From Patescibacteria group bacterium (lineage in GTDB: Bacteria; Patescibacteriota; Patescibacteriia; Patescibacteriales; UBA12465), in the NCBI GenBank assembly GCA_041650775.1, contig JBAZKO010000001.1, forward strand, positions 65,259 through 129,258: a stretch of DNA of 64,000 bases, written 5' to 3'. Both the position numbers and the translations under genes were made by a program. Of the stretch, positions 19,899 to 28,934 are shown piece by piece. A model generated the notes under the pieces. It worked only from the letters and a program-made list of their open reading frames with translations. It was not told the origin of the DNA and did no database searches. Position 1 is the stretch's first letter. Every line of letters starts with the position of its first letter.

Positions 19899-20792
19899 TT
19901 ATTTTTGGCAAGCGGGGCAATAATGCGTGCCGCGCCCGGCCACTTTTTTCTTTTTTATCGGCCGGCCGCAATTCGGGCATTTTTCCCCTTTCCGTCCGTA
20001 AACTTTCAAAAAACGGGAAAAATTTCCCTTTTGACCCCGGGAATCGACGTAATTATTAAAGGTGGTGCCGCGATATTTGATGGCGCGACGGATAATCCGG
20101 TTTATCGCCAGGCGAAGTTTTTTCGTTTCCGAACCGGTCAGCGAACCGGCCGGCCGTTCAGGATTAATTCGCGCCGCCCATAAAGATTCGTCGACGTAAA
20201 TATTGCCCAGTCCGGCAATTAATTTCTGGTTAAGCAACAGAGCTTTGATTTTCGTCTTCTTGTTCTTTAAAACCGTTTTTAAAAAAGGCAAAGAAAAAGC
20301 CACGGTCAAAGGTTCCGGACCGTAATTATTTTTTAACAGCCGCGATAATTCAGCCGCCGTCGCGAGTTTCAGATAGCCGAAACGACGCAGATCGTTGAAG
20401 AACAGGCGGCCGCCAGAAACAAAACTGATAATCGCCCGCGTATGTTTATTCGGCAATTCGCCGGTGATTTCCGAACCATGCCCGCCAGCGATCTTTGATT
20501 TTGAACCGATATAGATTAACTGGCCGGTCATTTTTAAATGGATCAATAAATAGTCGGCTGAGGGCTTACCGCGTCCGGCCGATTTAGTGTCTAGCGGCGA
20601 CAGATTAAAAATCAAAAGTTTGCCGCGGCGGCCGACTCCGACAATTTTCCGGCCGTTTAAATTACGCGTAAAAAAAACCGCGGCGGGAGAAGCGGTTTTA
20701 GCGGAAAGAATATCGACCGACGTGATTTTCCGGTGTAATAAGCCGGCAACCAAATCGCGACGGATAGTTTCTACTTCCGGTAATTCGGGCAT
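19899..20792 (-). CDS. mutM: Formamidopyrimidine-DNA glycosylase
   Basis: MPELPEVE, HLKMTG, GLGNIYVDE, C-terminal CPNC...CPAC zinc finger. Confidence 0.96.
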   Translation of the reverse strand: MPELPEVETIRRDLVAGLLHRKITSVDILSAKTASPAAVFFTRNLNGRKIVGVGRRGKLLIFNLSPLDTKSAGRGKPSADYLLIHLKMTGQLIYIGSKSKIAGGHGSEITGELPNKHTRAIISFVSGGRLFFNDLRRFGYLKLATAAELSRLLKNNYGPEPLTVAFSLPFLKTVLKNKKTKIKALLLNQKLIAGLGNIYVDESLWAARINPERPAGSLTGSETKKLRLAINRIIRRAIKYRGTTFNNYVDSRGQKGNFSRFLKVYGRKGEKCPNCGRPIKKKKVAGRGTHYCPACQK

Positions 20793-20794
20793 AT

Positions 20795-20902
20795 CTATTT
20801 AAGAGAGACTAAGATCGTGATTATTATCGCCAAAGCGACAAATTCAACGATAAAAATTTTGAGCAATCCTAAACCTATTTTGTCGGGATTAAGCAAAGGC
20901 AT
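20795..20902 (-). CDS. 35-aa single-TM small protein
   Basis: MPLLNPDKIGLGLLKIFIVEFVALAIIITILVSLK*; stop lies 2 nt before the mutM ATG; below the ORF-track cutoff. Confidence 0.55.
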   Translation of the reverse strand: MPLLNPDKIGLGLLKIFIVEFVALAIIITILVSLK

Positions 20903-20945
20903 AAATTTACGGGATCGTTCTCTCTAAGAACCGTCTCCCTATAAG

Positions 20946-21029
20946 TGGGCCGAGAAGGATTCGAACCTTCGAAGGCGCAAGGCCAGCAGATTTACAGTCT
21001 GCCCCAGTTGACCGCTTTGGTATCGACCC
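20946..21029 (-). tRNA. tRNA-Tyr (GTA)
   Basis: GCAGA-CTGTAAA-TCTGC anticodon arm, long variable arm, GGTTCGAATCC. Confidence 0.95.
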
Positions 21030-21136
21030 TTTAAAAGAAGCCTGTTATAAAACAAGCCCCTCTATAATAAAAAAAATATGGAAGGTTGTCAAACGTCCGG
21101 TTGGCTTATTAAGGCAAACTCGCGCCGGACCCGATC

Positions 21137-21517
21137 TTATTGCGATACGGTACTTAGGACGAATCGGGTCAAAGCGTAGGAAGTGAAGATAACCGCCAAA
21201 CCAATCGCCGACCAGACGATAATATCCCGGCCCTTCTTTACCTTTTCCTGATTGCCGGAAGAAGTCATCCAGGTTAAACCGCCGAAAACAAACATTAAAA
21301 GCGCCAAAGAGCCAACTACGCCGAGAGCGGTATTGATTATCCGACCGATAAGGGCTTGCGGAGAATCAACGCTAAGGGGGTTGGTGAGGGTAAGGGTAGA
21401 ATCAATAGCCCCGCTACTTCCGCCGGTCGTATCAATAGCTCCGCTTTGTGCCGAAACCGAGGCCGCCCCTATGAATAAAATCGAAATTAGGGATATTACC
21501 GTTAAGAAATTTTTCAT
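21137..21517 (-). CDS. TrbC/VirB2-like pilin (CPR type)
   Basis: Signal peptide, LTNPL, two hydrophobic helices around GGLTWMTSSGNQEKVKKGRDII. Confidence 0.75.
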   Translation of the reverse strand: MKNFLTVISLISILFIGAASVSAQSGAIDTTGGSSGAIDSTLTLTNPLSVDSPQALIGRIINTALGVVGSLALLMFVFGGLTWMTSSGNQEKVKKGRDIIVWSAIGLAVIFTSYALTRFVLSTVSQ

Positions 21518-21578
21518 TTTTTTAAAAATTAATTGCTTCTAACCAGTATCATTATAACATTTCGCCCGAAAATAAAAA

Positions 21579-21609
21579 AGAGGGGGTCAATCGTTAGATT
21601 GCCTCCTCT
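21579..21609 (-). terminator. Terminator after the SPFH two-gene unit
   Basis: AGAGGGGGTCAATC-GTTA-GATTGCCTCCTCT with a U-tract on the minus strand. Confidence 0.6.
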
Positions 21610-21628
21610 ATAATTTTGACTTGTCGTC

Positions 21629-22303
21629 TTAATTAGTTACCGCCACGGTTATCAGGTCATCGATATTAGCTCTGATCTTAAAATAAACATGGCTTTTTTC
21701 AGGAATTACGACATTCTGTCCTCCATCATATTCCGTACCGTCGGAAAAAATAATTTTATAATTATACGTCGGCGAAGAAATATGATAGTTAAAATGTCCG
21801 TTATCAGGAACGGAAAGCCAAGCGGTTTCCTGCCCCGGTTTTAATTGGTAAGCGTATTTCCCTGGTAGCAGAATCCTGCAAGGGGCATTAGCCAAACTCA
21901 CGCTATTTTGTCCGGAAGAATTATCTTGTTTCCCAGGCACAAAATAATGCCGTGAAATGTTATAAACAAAAAACAAAGATAAGAAAATCAGGACGGCTGC
22001 ACCGATTTTAGATTCCGTTTTCTGAATAGAACTGGCTCCTCCTAAGATTAGGAGGGAAATTACGAGACCAATTAAATTTCTGACGAAACAATTCATACTA
22101 CTCGGCAACAGTTTAAAGCTGGCTACGTAAACGACTAAAGCCAGAGAGAAAGCTAACATGACCTGTAAAACGACTCTTACCATCGGGGGAATTTTTTCCC
22201 AAGAATAACTTCCCGACTTTGTCGCGGTGTCTGACGCTTCCATCGTCTGCGCTGTTTCCTGCTTACTCCTCTTAGGAATAAACTGGGATTGTTCTGGTTT
22301 CAT
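21629..22303 (-). CDS. Hypothetical membrane protein (3 TM plus C-terminal beta domain)
   Basis: 15 nt downstream of the SPFH gene. Confidence 0.7.
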   Translation of the reverse strand: MKPEQSQFIPKRSKQETAQTMEASDTATKSGSYSWEKIPPMVRVVLQVMLAFSLALVVYVASFKLLPSSMNCFVRNLIGLVISLLILGGASSIQKTESKIGAAVLIFLSLFFVYNISRHYFVPGKQDNSSGQNSVSLANAPCRILLPGKYAYQLKPGQETAWLSVPDNGHFNYHISSPTYNYKIIFSDGTEYDGGQNVVIPEKSHVYFKIRANIDDLITVAVTN

Positions 22304-22318
22304 TTTTTCTTTTCCCGT

Positions 22319-23449
22319 TTAATGCTTATAAGTTGAGTTGATTCCGGCTCCTAATTTGGCGCCTTGGGCGGCGGAATTATTGCCGCCTTCCAAAATAATC
22401 ACCTTATCGGTACTTCCCGATTTTTCAACCGCTTCCCACTGCCGGTGTTTGATTAAAAAATTAGAGACTTGATTCCGATTGATTCCGCTATCAATGATTT
22501 TTTTAATTCTGAGAGCGGATCCTTCGCCATTTAAAACTAAAGCCTCTTTTTCGCCTTCGGCTAAAAGAATTCGCGCTTTTTTTTCGCCTTCGGCTGAAAT
22601 AATTCGCGCCGCTTTACCAGCTTCCGCTTCAATAATCATGGTTTTCTTTTTAATCTCCGCCGTTTCTCTATCTTTTTCGGCCGTTAAAACTGTTTCTCTT
22701 ATACTGGAAAGCTCTTTAGTTAATTCTATGTCGGAAATTACCATACTGACCGGCTTAATACCCCAGCTCATCAGCGTCATGTAAAATTCGCTATTTACCC
22801 ATTCCTTTTTAATCTCTTCTGCAGGTTTGGGACCAGGCTGATCGGCGGACAAACTGGAAGGACGAAAATCAATAAACGTGGCGATGGCTTCCAAATAAAA
22901 ATTATTCTTCATTTCAATCACCTCCTCCAACTTATAAATGCCGAGGAACGACCGTAAAAGACTGTCCGCTTTCTCCTCAACCGCCCTGAATAAATCATTC
23001 GTGGCGTAAGTTGATTTTTCAGAATCAACTATTTGAAAGTAAAAGAACGCGGCAATGGAGGTCGAACAATCCTTGAATTCGACATCACCGCCGCCGAACC
23101 CAGTCTTTACTCCTTCATCAAGATAGAGTTCCATTAATTGCTGTCCTTTAAATGCGGAGTTACGAATTTTAACGAAACCGAACCAAGGGAAAAGCAGATA
23201 TAGTTTCGGTTTAAGCGGCTCCCCAACATACTGACCAAAAATCTCAACAATATAATCCCACTGCTGAGGAACAATCGTCCAAGCTTTTATCAAAGCGGGA
23301 ATCGCGAAGAGCAAACCAATAACCAAACTAATAATAACGGTCCAAACAGGACCTAGCTTCAGAGGAATAGATATGGCCAGAGAAATTATTGATGAAATTA
23401 TCAATAAAATCGCGAAAAACCAAATCCAAATTTTAGTGTTTTTTTTCAT
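22319..23449 (-). CDS. SPFH/band-7 (stomatin/QmcA-like) protein
   Basis: 2 TM, IVPQQ..IVE.FG, FFYFQIVD, AEGEKKA repeats. Confidence 0.85.
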   Translation of the reverse strand: MKKNTKIWIWFFAILLIISSIISLAISIPLKLGPVWTVIISLVIGLLFAIPALIKAWTIVPQQWDYIVEIFGQYVGEPLKPKLYLLFPWFGFVKIRNSAFKGQQLMELYLDEGVKTGFGGGDVEFKDCSTSIAAFFYFQIVDSEKSTYATNDLFRAVEEKADSLLRSFLGIYKLEEVIEMKNNFYLEAIATFIDFRPSSLSADQPGPKPAEEIKKEWVNSEFYMTLMSWGIKPVSMVISDIELTKELSSIRETVLTAEKDRETAEIKKKTMIIEAEAGKAARIISAEGEKKARILLAEGEKEALVLNGEGSALRIKKIIDSGINRNQVSNFLIKHRQWEAVEKSGSTDKVIILEGGNNSAAQGAKLGAGINSTYKH

Positions 23450-23458
23450 GACTTGAGT

Positions 23459-23572
23459 CTCCTATTTTTAGTTGTTTTATTTTCTTTATTGTTGTAAAAG
23501 AGCGACTTTTGCCTAAGCATCCAAAGCTCATTACGTTAAAAACATTATATCACTTTTTTATATATTTGTCAA
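23459..23572 (-). promoter_or_regulatory. Consensus sigma70 promoter, boxA-like motif and SD
   Basis: TTGACA 23572-23567, 17 nt, TATAAT 23549-23544; CGCTCTTTTACA 23504-23493; AGGAG 23463-23459. Confidence 0.75.
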
Positions 23573-23635
23573 CATTATCAAGATTCTTTATTTTTAACCC
23601 ATTTTTCATACTAATCAAGCTTTTTTTAAAACAAA

Positions 23636-23659
23636 AAATTACCTAATATTAGGTAATTT
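23636..23659. terminator. Perfect 24-bp palindrome downstream of tRNA-Thr (terminator or operator)
   Basis: AAATTACCTAATATTAGGTAATTT. Confidence 0.5.
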
Positions 23660-23714
23660 ATGTCTTATAAAATTCTGGTCTTTTTAAAACGCCATTACAA
23701 ACGTTTTTCCTCTG

Positions 23715-23787
23715 AGCCGTTGACCGGGATTGAACCGGTGACCTTCTCCTTACCATGGAGATGCTCTACCAGCTGAGCTACAACGGC
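23715..23787 (-). tRNA. tRNA-Thr (GGT)
   Basis: Acceptor GCCGTTG/CAACGGC; TCTCC-ATGGTAA-GGAGA; GGTTCAATCCC. Confidence 0.93.
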
Positions 23788-23791
23788 CTAT

Positions 23792-24601
23792 CTAATCTTC
23801 TAATCCTTCGATCTTCTCTCGCCATTCGATCAACTTATTATTTTCCGGATTAACCGCCGCCAATTTCTCCCAACATTCCTGCGCCAGCGATTTATCTTTT
23901 CTTATTATACTTAAATCTAAAATTAAATCAAGATAACGGGGATTGTTCGGTTCCAGATCCAACGCCGACCGAGCGTTTTCCAGGGATGCGTCCAAATTTT
24001 CCGCCTCTTTTTCCACTCCGGCCAAAGAGAAATAAATCTCCTGCCGGGTCAGATCGCCCGATATTTTATCGCCGTTATTCGTCCGCGCCAATTTCAAAAC
24101 ATGCTCATAGCTCTGGCGTGCTTCCGACCACTTTTTTTGCCGTTCGTATAAGTCGCCGAGCCGAAAAAAAACTTCCGGATTCTTTTGATCCAGACTGACA
24201 ATTTCCAATAATTTCTCTTCCGCTTCGTCAAACAAATCTTTTTTTAACAAATCATCGGCTTCGAAAAATAATCCTTTAATGCGTTTCTGTTTTTCCAGCC
24301 AGGGAATTTTCAGACTCGTTTTATAGCCGGTTTTTATTTTTTTAAGCTGATCTTGCCGGGACTTTAAAAAACCGGACAGCTGGCGCTTTAAAAATAAGGC
24401 TAAGCGGCCGAACCAGCCGCTCCAGCGTGCCATATCGCGCTCCACCCGCTGTTTGATAATCTGCTCTTTAAATTTTGCCTCTTTTTCCCCCGGAATATTG
24501 GTTACATCCAAAATCGCCAAAGCCGGAAACTTTTTGATGATTATCGACAGAGCGACAATTAGGGCAAAAACAATTAAGCAGACGGAAATTATAACTGGCA
24601 T
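23792..24601 (-). CDS. Membrane-anchored TPR protein
   Basis: N-terminal TM; TPR-like LGDLY...A..SYE and ALDLEPNNPRY. Confidence 0.8.
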   Translation of the reverse strand: MPVIISVCLIVFALIVALSIIIKKFPALAILDVTNIPGEKEAKFKEQIIKQRVERDMARWSGWFGRLALFLKRQLSGFLKSRQDQLKKIKTGYKTSLKIPWLEKQKRIKGLFFEADDLLKKDLFDEAEEKLLEIVSLDQKNPEVFFRLGDLYERQKKWSEARQSYEHVLKLARTNNGDKISGDLTRQEIYFSLAGVEKEAENLDASLENARSALDLEPNNPRYLDLILDLSIIRKDKSLAQECWEKLAAVNPENNKLIEWREKIEGLED

Positions 24602-25329
24602 ATTTTGCTGAATTCTTCGGCTTGCAAGCTGGCACCGCCGACTAACAAACCGTCGTTGTCTTTTAATTGTAAAAACTGGCCGGCATTTATAGCGTTAACG
24701 CTGCCGCCGTATAGAATCCGAACTTCTTTCTTCAAAATTTTCGCGACCTGCTTCTTAATGAAAGCTAAAATTTCCGCCGCTTCTTCCGGAATAATCGGTT
24801 TGGCGTTCTTATTAGTACTGATCGCCCAAATCGGTTCATAAGCGACGACCAGATCGGCGGCGCTTTTTATCTTAACGCCTTTCAGGGCGCGCCGTAATTC
24901 CCCGCTTAGATATTCTTTCGTTTCGCCGTTATTTTTTTCCGTTAATTTTTCACCGACGCAGAGAACCGGAACCAATTTGGAATTCAAGGCCGCTTTGATT
25001 TTTAATCCTATAAGGGCGGAATTCTCATGCAGATGTTCCCGCCGTTCACTATGGCCCAAGATAACATATTTAACGCCGAGCGCCCGTAAATTAAGGGGAG
25101 AAACTTCACCGGTCAAAGCGCCATATTCGGCCGGAGCGCTATCCTGCGCGCCCCAAGACAATTTTGACGATTTCAAAATCGGACCGATAAAAGGCAAGGC
25201 GGAATAATCAGGACAAATAACGGCCTCAATACTTGAGCCGTTTATTTTTTTTACCATCTTCCGGGCGAGCTCCAGACTCTCCTTAAGGCTGAGTTGCATT
25301 TTCCAATTGGCGATAACCAGCTTTTTCAT
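24589..25329 (-). CDS. tpiA: Triosephosphate isomerase
   Basis: ANWKM, GHSERR, AYEPIWAI, YGGSV, LVGGASL; start at 25329. Confidence 0.95.
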   Translation of the reverse strand: MKKLVIANWKMQLSLKESLELARKMVKKINGSSIEAVICPDYSALPFIGPILKSSKLSWGAQDSAPAEYGALTGEVSPLNLRALGVKYVILGHSERREHLHENSALIGLKIKAALNSKLVPVLCVGEKLTEKNNGETKEYLSGELRRALKGVKIKSAADLVVAYEPIWAISTNKNAKPIIPEEAAEILAFIKKQVAKILKKEVRILYGGSVNAINAGQFLQLKDNDGLLVGGASLQAEEFSKICQL

Positions 25330-25333
25330 AATT

Positions 25334-26263
25334 TTATTTTTTAATTTTAGTCTTCGCCCAATCAATCGTTCTTTTAATTCCTTCTTCCAGATTGACGGTC
25401 GGCCGCCAGTTCAAAACTTCCTGGGCGCGCCGATAGCTCAGACAGCTCCGTTTCTGTTCGCCCGGTTTGGCCGGCGCTTCCTTAATCTTAATCGGCGATC
25501 CCAGCGCCTGCGCGATATATTTTCTAATTTCCAATAAATCGGTTTCTATCCCCGAACCGAGGTTTATTTCACTGCGGCAAGCGATATCTTTCGCCAGGCA
25601 TAAGCCGCGGACGATGTCATCGATATAGACGAAATCACGCGTCTGCCGGCCGTCGCCGTATTGGGTGCTTTCCTGATTACTGACGGCATTATCGACAAAA
25701 ATAGAAACTACTCCGGCCTCGCCGCCTCTAAATTGACGCGGTCCGTAGACATTGGCGAAACGTAAAATCGTGTAATCCAAACCGTAAACCTGATAATAGC
25801 AATTCAAATATTTTTCAAAAGTCAGTTTATGGATGCCATAGAAAGAAACCGGATAGGCCGGATAGTTTTCCGGGGTGGGAATTTCTTCGGCGTCGCCGTA
25901 AATCGCGCCGCCAGTGGAAGAAAAAATAATTTTTTTGACTCCGTTCAGGCGGCAATTATCCAGGATATTGAATCCCCCCTGAACATTAATTTTATTATCA
26001 AAAATCGGATCGATCATTGATTTGCCGACTTCCATCTGCGCCGCCAGGTGATAAACGAAGTCAAATTTTTCCGCTTGAAAAATCGCGGCGACTTGCGGCG
26101 AGCAGATATCAACTTGATAAAACTTAGCGGCCGGATTCAAATATTCTTTTTTACCCGAAGACAAGTCGTCGAGCACAACCACCTCTTCCCCCACGGCAAT
26201 AAGTTTGTCGGCCAGGGTCGATCCAATGAAACCGGCACCGCCGGTAATGAGAATTTTGGGCAT
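25334..26263 (-). CDS. NAD-dependent epimerase/dehydratase (GalE-like)
   Basis: TGGAGFIGS, HLAAQ, SSTGGAIYG, YGIHK, NVYGPRQ. Confidence 0.9.
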   Translation of the reverse strand: MPKILITGGAGFIGSTLADKLIAVGEEVVVLDDLSSGKKEYLNPAAKFYQVDICSPQVAAIFQAEKFDFVYHLAAQMEVGKSMIDPIFDNKINVQGGFNILDNCRLNGVKKIIFSSTGGAIYGDAEEIPTPENYPAYPVSFYGIHKLTFEKYLNCYYQVYGLDYTILRFANVYGPRQFRGGEAGVVSIFVDNAVSNQESTQYGDGRQTRDFVYIDDIVRGLCLAKDIACRSEINLGSGIETDLLEIRKYIAQALGSPIKIKEAPAKPGEQKRSCLSYRRAQEVLNWRPTVNLEEGIKRTIDWAKTKIKK

Positions 26264-26294
26264 ATATCTTTCATAATAACACGGTTTTTGCCCA

Positions 26295-26323
26295 TTGCCA
26301 AACCCTTCTTTTTTTGTTAAAAT
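26295..26323 (+). promoter_or_regulatory. sigma70 promoter of gyrB
   Basis: TTGCCA, 17 nt ending in TGT, TAAAAT. Confidence 0.6.
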
Positions 26324-26405
26324 AATGGTAGATAATTAATTAAAAATCCAGCTAAAAATACCCTTAAAAATCGGGAATTTTTTGTTTTAATGTTTAAATA
26401 AAGAT

Positions 26406-28448
26406 ATGGCGAAAGACTCTAAAAAAACCAGTGATTATGGTGCCGATCAGATTACTGTTCTGGAAGGTTTGGATCCGGTCCGAAAACGGCCGGGTATGTA
26501 TATCGGTTCGACTTCGGCGGCCGGATTACATCATTTGATTTGGGAAGTTGTCGATAATTCGATTGACGAAGCGATGGCCGGTTTTGCCACGAAAATTTCC
26601 GTTTCCCTGTTGCCCGATGGCCTGGTTTCGGTGATTGATAATGGCCGCGGTATCCCGGTGGAAAAACATAAAACCACCGGCGTTTCCGCTCTGGAAACGG
26701 TTTTAACCAAACTACATGCCGGCGGTAAATTCGGTGGCGGCGGCTATAAAGTTTCCGGTGGTTTGCATGGCGTCGGCGTTTCTGTAGTAAACGCTTTAAG
26801 CGAATATCTGAAAGCGGAGGTGCGTCGCGACGGCAAGGTTTGGGAGCAGGAATATAAGATCGGCAAACCGCTTAAAGCGGCGAAACCGGTCGGAACTTCG
26901 AAAGAAACAGGAACGACGATTACTTTTCGACCGGACAAGACTATTTTTACCGAATTGGAATTCAGCTGGGGAAAAATTCTCGACCGCTTACGACAACAGG
27001 CTTATCTGACCAAAGGAATCACTATCAATGTTTTCGATAAGCGCGCCGGCCACCGCGAAAAAAAATATAAATTCCATTTTGAGGGCGGCATCAAATCCTA
27101 TATCAAATCTTTGCACCGCAACAAAACCGTTAAGAACGACACTATTTTTTACATCGATAAGGATGTCAGCGACTGTAAAGTAGAGTTGGCTTTACAATAC
27201 AACGACGAATATAACGAAACGCTTTTAGCTTTCGCCAATAATATCCATAATCCGGAAGGCGGAACCCATGTCGTCGGATTCCGGACGGCTTTAACCAGAA
27301 CTCTGAATAATTACGCCCGCGCCAAAAATATTATTAAGGAAAAGATGGAAAATTTGACCGGCGACGATGTGCGCGAAGGTCTGACCGTAATCATCAGCGT
27401 TAAACTCCCTGACCCGCAGTTCGAAGGCCAAACTAAAGGCAAACTCGGCAATGCCGAAATGAAGGGTTATGTGGAAACTATTTTCGGCGAAACTTTTAAT
27501 ACCTTCCTGGAAGAACATCCGAAAGAAGCGGAAGCGATTGTCAGTAAATGTTTATTGTCAGCGCAAGCGCGTCTGGCGGCGCGAAGTGCCCGGGCGACAA
27601 TCTTGCGCAAAGGTGCTCTGGAAGGTATGACTTTACCAGGAAAACTGGCCGATTGTTCCAGCCGCCATCCGGAAGAATGCGAATTATATGTCGTCGAGGG
27701 CGATTCCGCCGGCGGTTCAGCCAAACAGGGACGTAACCGTCGTTTTCAGGCGATTCTTCCTCTCCGCGGTAAAATTCTTAACGTGGAACGGGCGCGCTTG
27801 GATAAAATGCTCGCTAACACCGAAATAAAAAACCTGGTCATCGCCCTCGGGGCGAATATCGACGAGCAAATCGATTTGGAAAAATTACGTTATCATCGAA
27901 TTATTATCATGACCGATGCCGACGTCGACGGCGCTCATATCTGTACTCTGCTTCTCACGCTTTTCTTCCGTCATTTCCAACCGCTCATTGATAACGGCTA
28001 CGTTTATATCGCTCAGCCGCCTTTGTACCAATTAAAAAAAGGTTCGACTGTCCGCTACGCTTATACCGATGAGGAAAAAGAAAAAATTATCGTCGAACTC
28101 GGTGGCGGCGTGGAAGAGGTTGTAGAGACGGGAGAAGAAAACGACGAAGGCGAATCTTTGGAAATAACCGAAGAAGATAATAAGAAAAGCAAAAAAGACG
28201 CCGAAGCGGAAGATAAAAAGAAATCGTCCAAAATCACCATCCAGCGCTACAAAGGTTTAGGTGAAATGAATCCGGAACAATTATGGGAAACTACCATGGA
28301 TCCGGAACGCCGCATCGTCAAACAAGTAACGATTGAGGATGTAGCAAAAGCCGACCAGATATTCGATATGCTAATGGGCGATAATGTCGCGCCGCGAAAA
28401 AATTTCATCCAAACACACGCTAAAAAAGTTAAAAATTTAGATATCTAA
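26406..28448 (+). CDS. gyrB: DNA gyrase subunit B
   Basis: VRKRPGMYIG, EVVDNSIDE, LHAGGKF, EGDSAGG, PLRGKILN, MTDADVDG, RYKGLGEM. Confidence 0.96.
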   Translation: MAKDSKKTSDYGADQITVLEGLDPVRKRPGMYIGSTSAAGLHHLIWEVVDNSIDEAMAGFATKISVSLLPDGLVSVIDNGRGIPVEKHKTTGVSALETVLTKLHAGGKFGGGGYKVSGGLHGVGVSVVNALSEYLKAEVRRDGKVWEQEYKIGKPLKAAKPVGTSKETGTTITFRPDKTIFTELEFSWGKILDRLRQQAYLTKGITINVFDKRAGHREKKYKFHFEGGIKSYIKSLHRNKTVKNDTIFYIDKDVSDCKVELALQYNDEYNETLLAFANNIHNPEGGTHVVGFRTALTRTLNNYARAKNIIKEKMENLTGDDVREGLTVIISVKLPDPQFEGQTKGKLGNAEMKGYVETIFGETFNTFLEEHPKEAEAIVSKCLLSAQARLAARSARATILRKGALEGMTLPGKLADCSSRHPEECELYVVEGDSAGGSAKQGRNRRFQAILPLRGKILNVERARLDKMLANTEIKNLVIALGANIDEQIDLEKLRYHRIIIMTDADVDGAHICTLLLTLFFRHFQPLIDNGYVYIAQPPLYQLKKGSTVRYAYTDEEKEKIIVELGGGVEEVVETGEENDEGESLEITEEDNKKSKKDAEAEDKKKSSKITIQRYKGLGEMNPEQLWETTMDPERRIVKQVTIEDVAKADQIFDMLMGDNVAPRKNFIQTHAKKVKNLDI

Positions 28449-28449
28449 T

Positions 28450-28881
28450 ATGTATATTTATCTTCTCTGCCCGATTGCGGCTTTTATTATCGCCCAGGGG
28501 ACGAAAGTGATTATCAGATCATTCCATCATAAGATTACCTGGCACGATTTTATCGCTTATTCGGATATGCCCTCCGGCCACACTTCAATTGTAGTTTCTC
28601 TGGTAATCATTCTAGGACTAAAACTGGGGTTAGGCGCGCCGGTCTTCGCGGCCGCTCTGGTCTTCGCGGCGATTGTCATCGTCGATGCCATCGGTTTAAG
28701 AAATTATCTGGGTCAGCACGGAAAAACTCTGAATATTTTGGTTAAAGATTTGAAGGAGGATGAATTCCTGGATCGCAGTTATCCGCAACTGCTTGAGCGC
28801 ATCGGCCATACGCCTCTCCAGGTTCTGGTCGGCGCTCTGGTCGGCGCTCTGACCAGTCTTATCGGTTATCTATTATTTTAA
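28450..28881 (+). CDS. Divergent PAP2-family (DUF212/YuiD-like) membrane protein
   Basis: MPSGH, DAIGLR..G.H, L.E.IGHTPLQV..G. Confidence 0.85.
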   Translation: MYIYLLCPIAAFIIAQGTKVIIRSFHHKITWHDFIAYSDMPSGHTSIVVSLVIILGLKLGLGAPVFAAALVFAAIVIVDAIGLRNYLGQHGKTLNILVKDLKEDEFLDRSYPQLLERIGHTPLQVLVGALVGALTSLIGYLLF

Positions 28882-28906
28882 AACGAAACAATAAAAAATA
28901 ATTAAA

Positions 28907-28934
28907 AAAATACCGGATATTCTTCCGGTATTTT
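28907..28934. terminator. Bidirectional terminator
   Basis: AAAATACCGGA-TATTCT-TCCGGTATTTT between convergent genes. Confidence 0.75.

Noticed and set aside
21520-23715. SPFH unit as a tRNA-Thr-integrated island with att repeats
   Set aside because: No duplicated tRNA 3' end, displaced CCA or integrase remnant found
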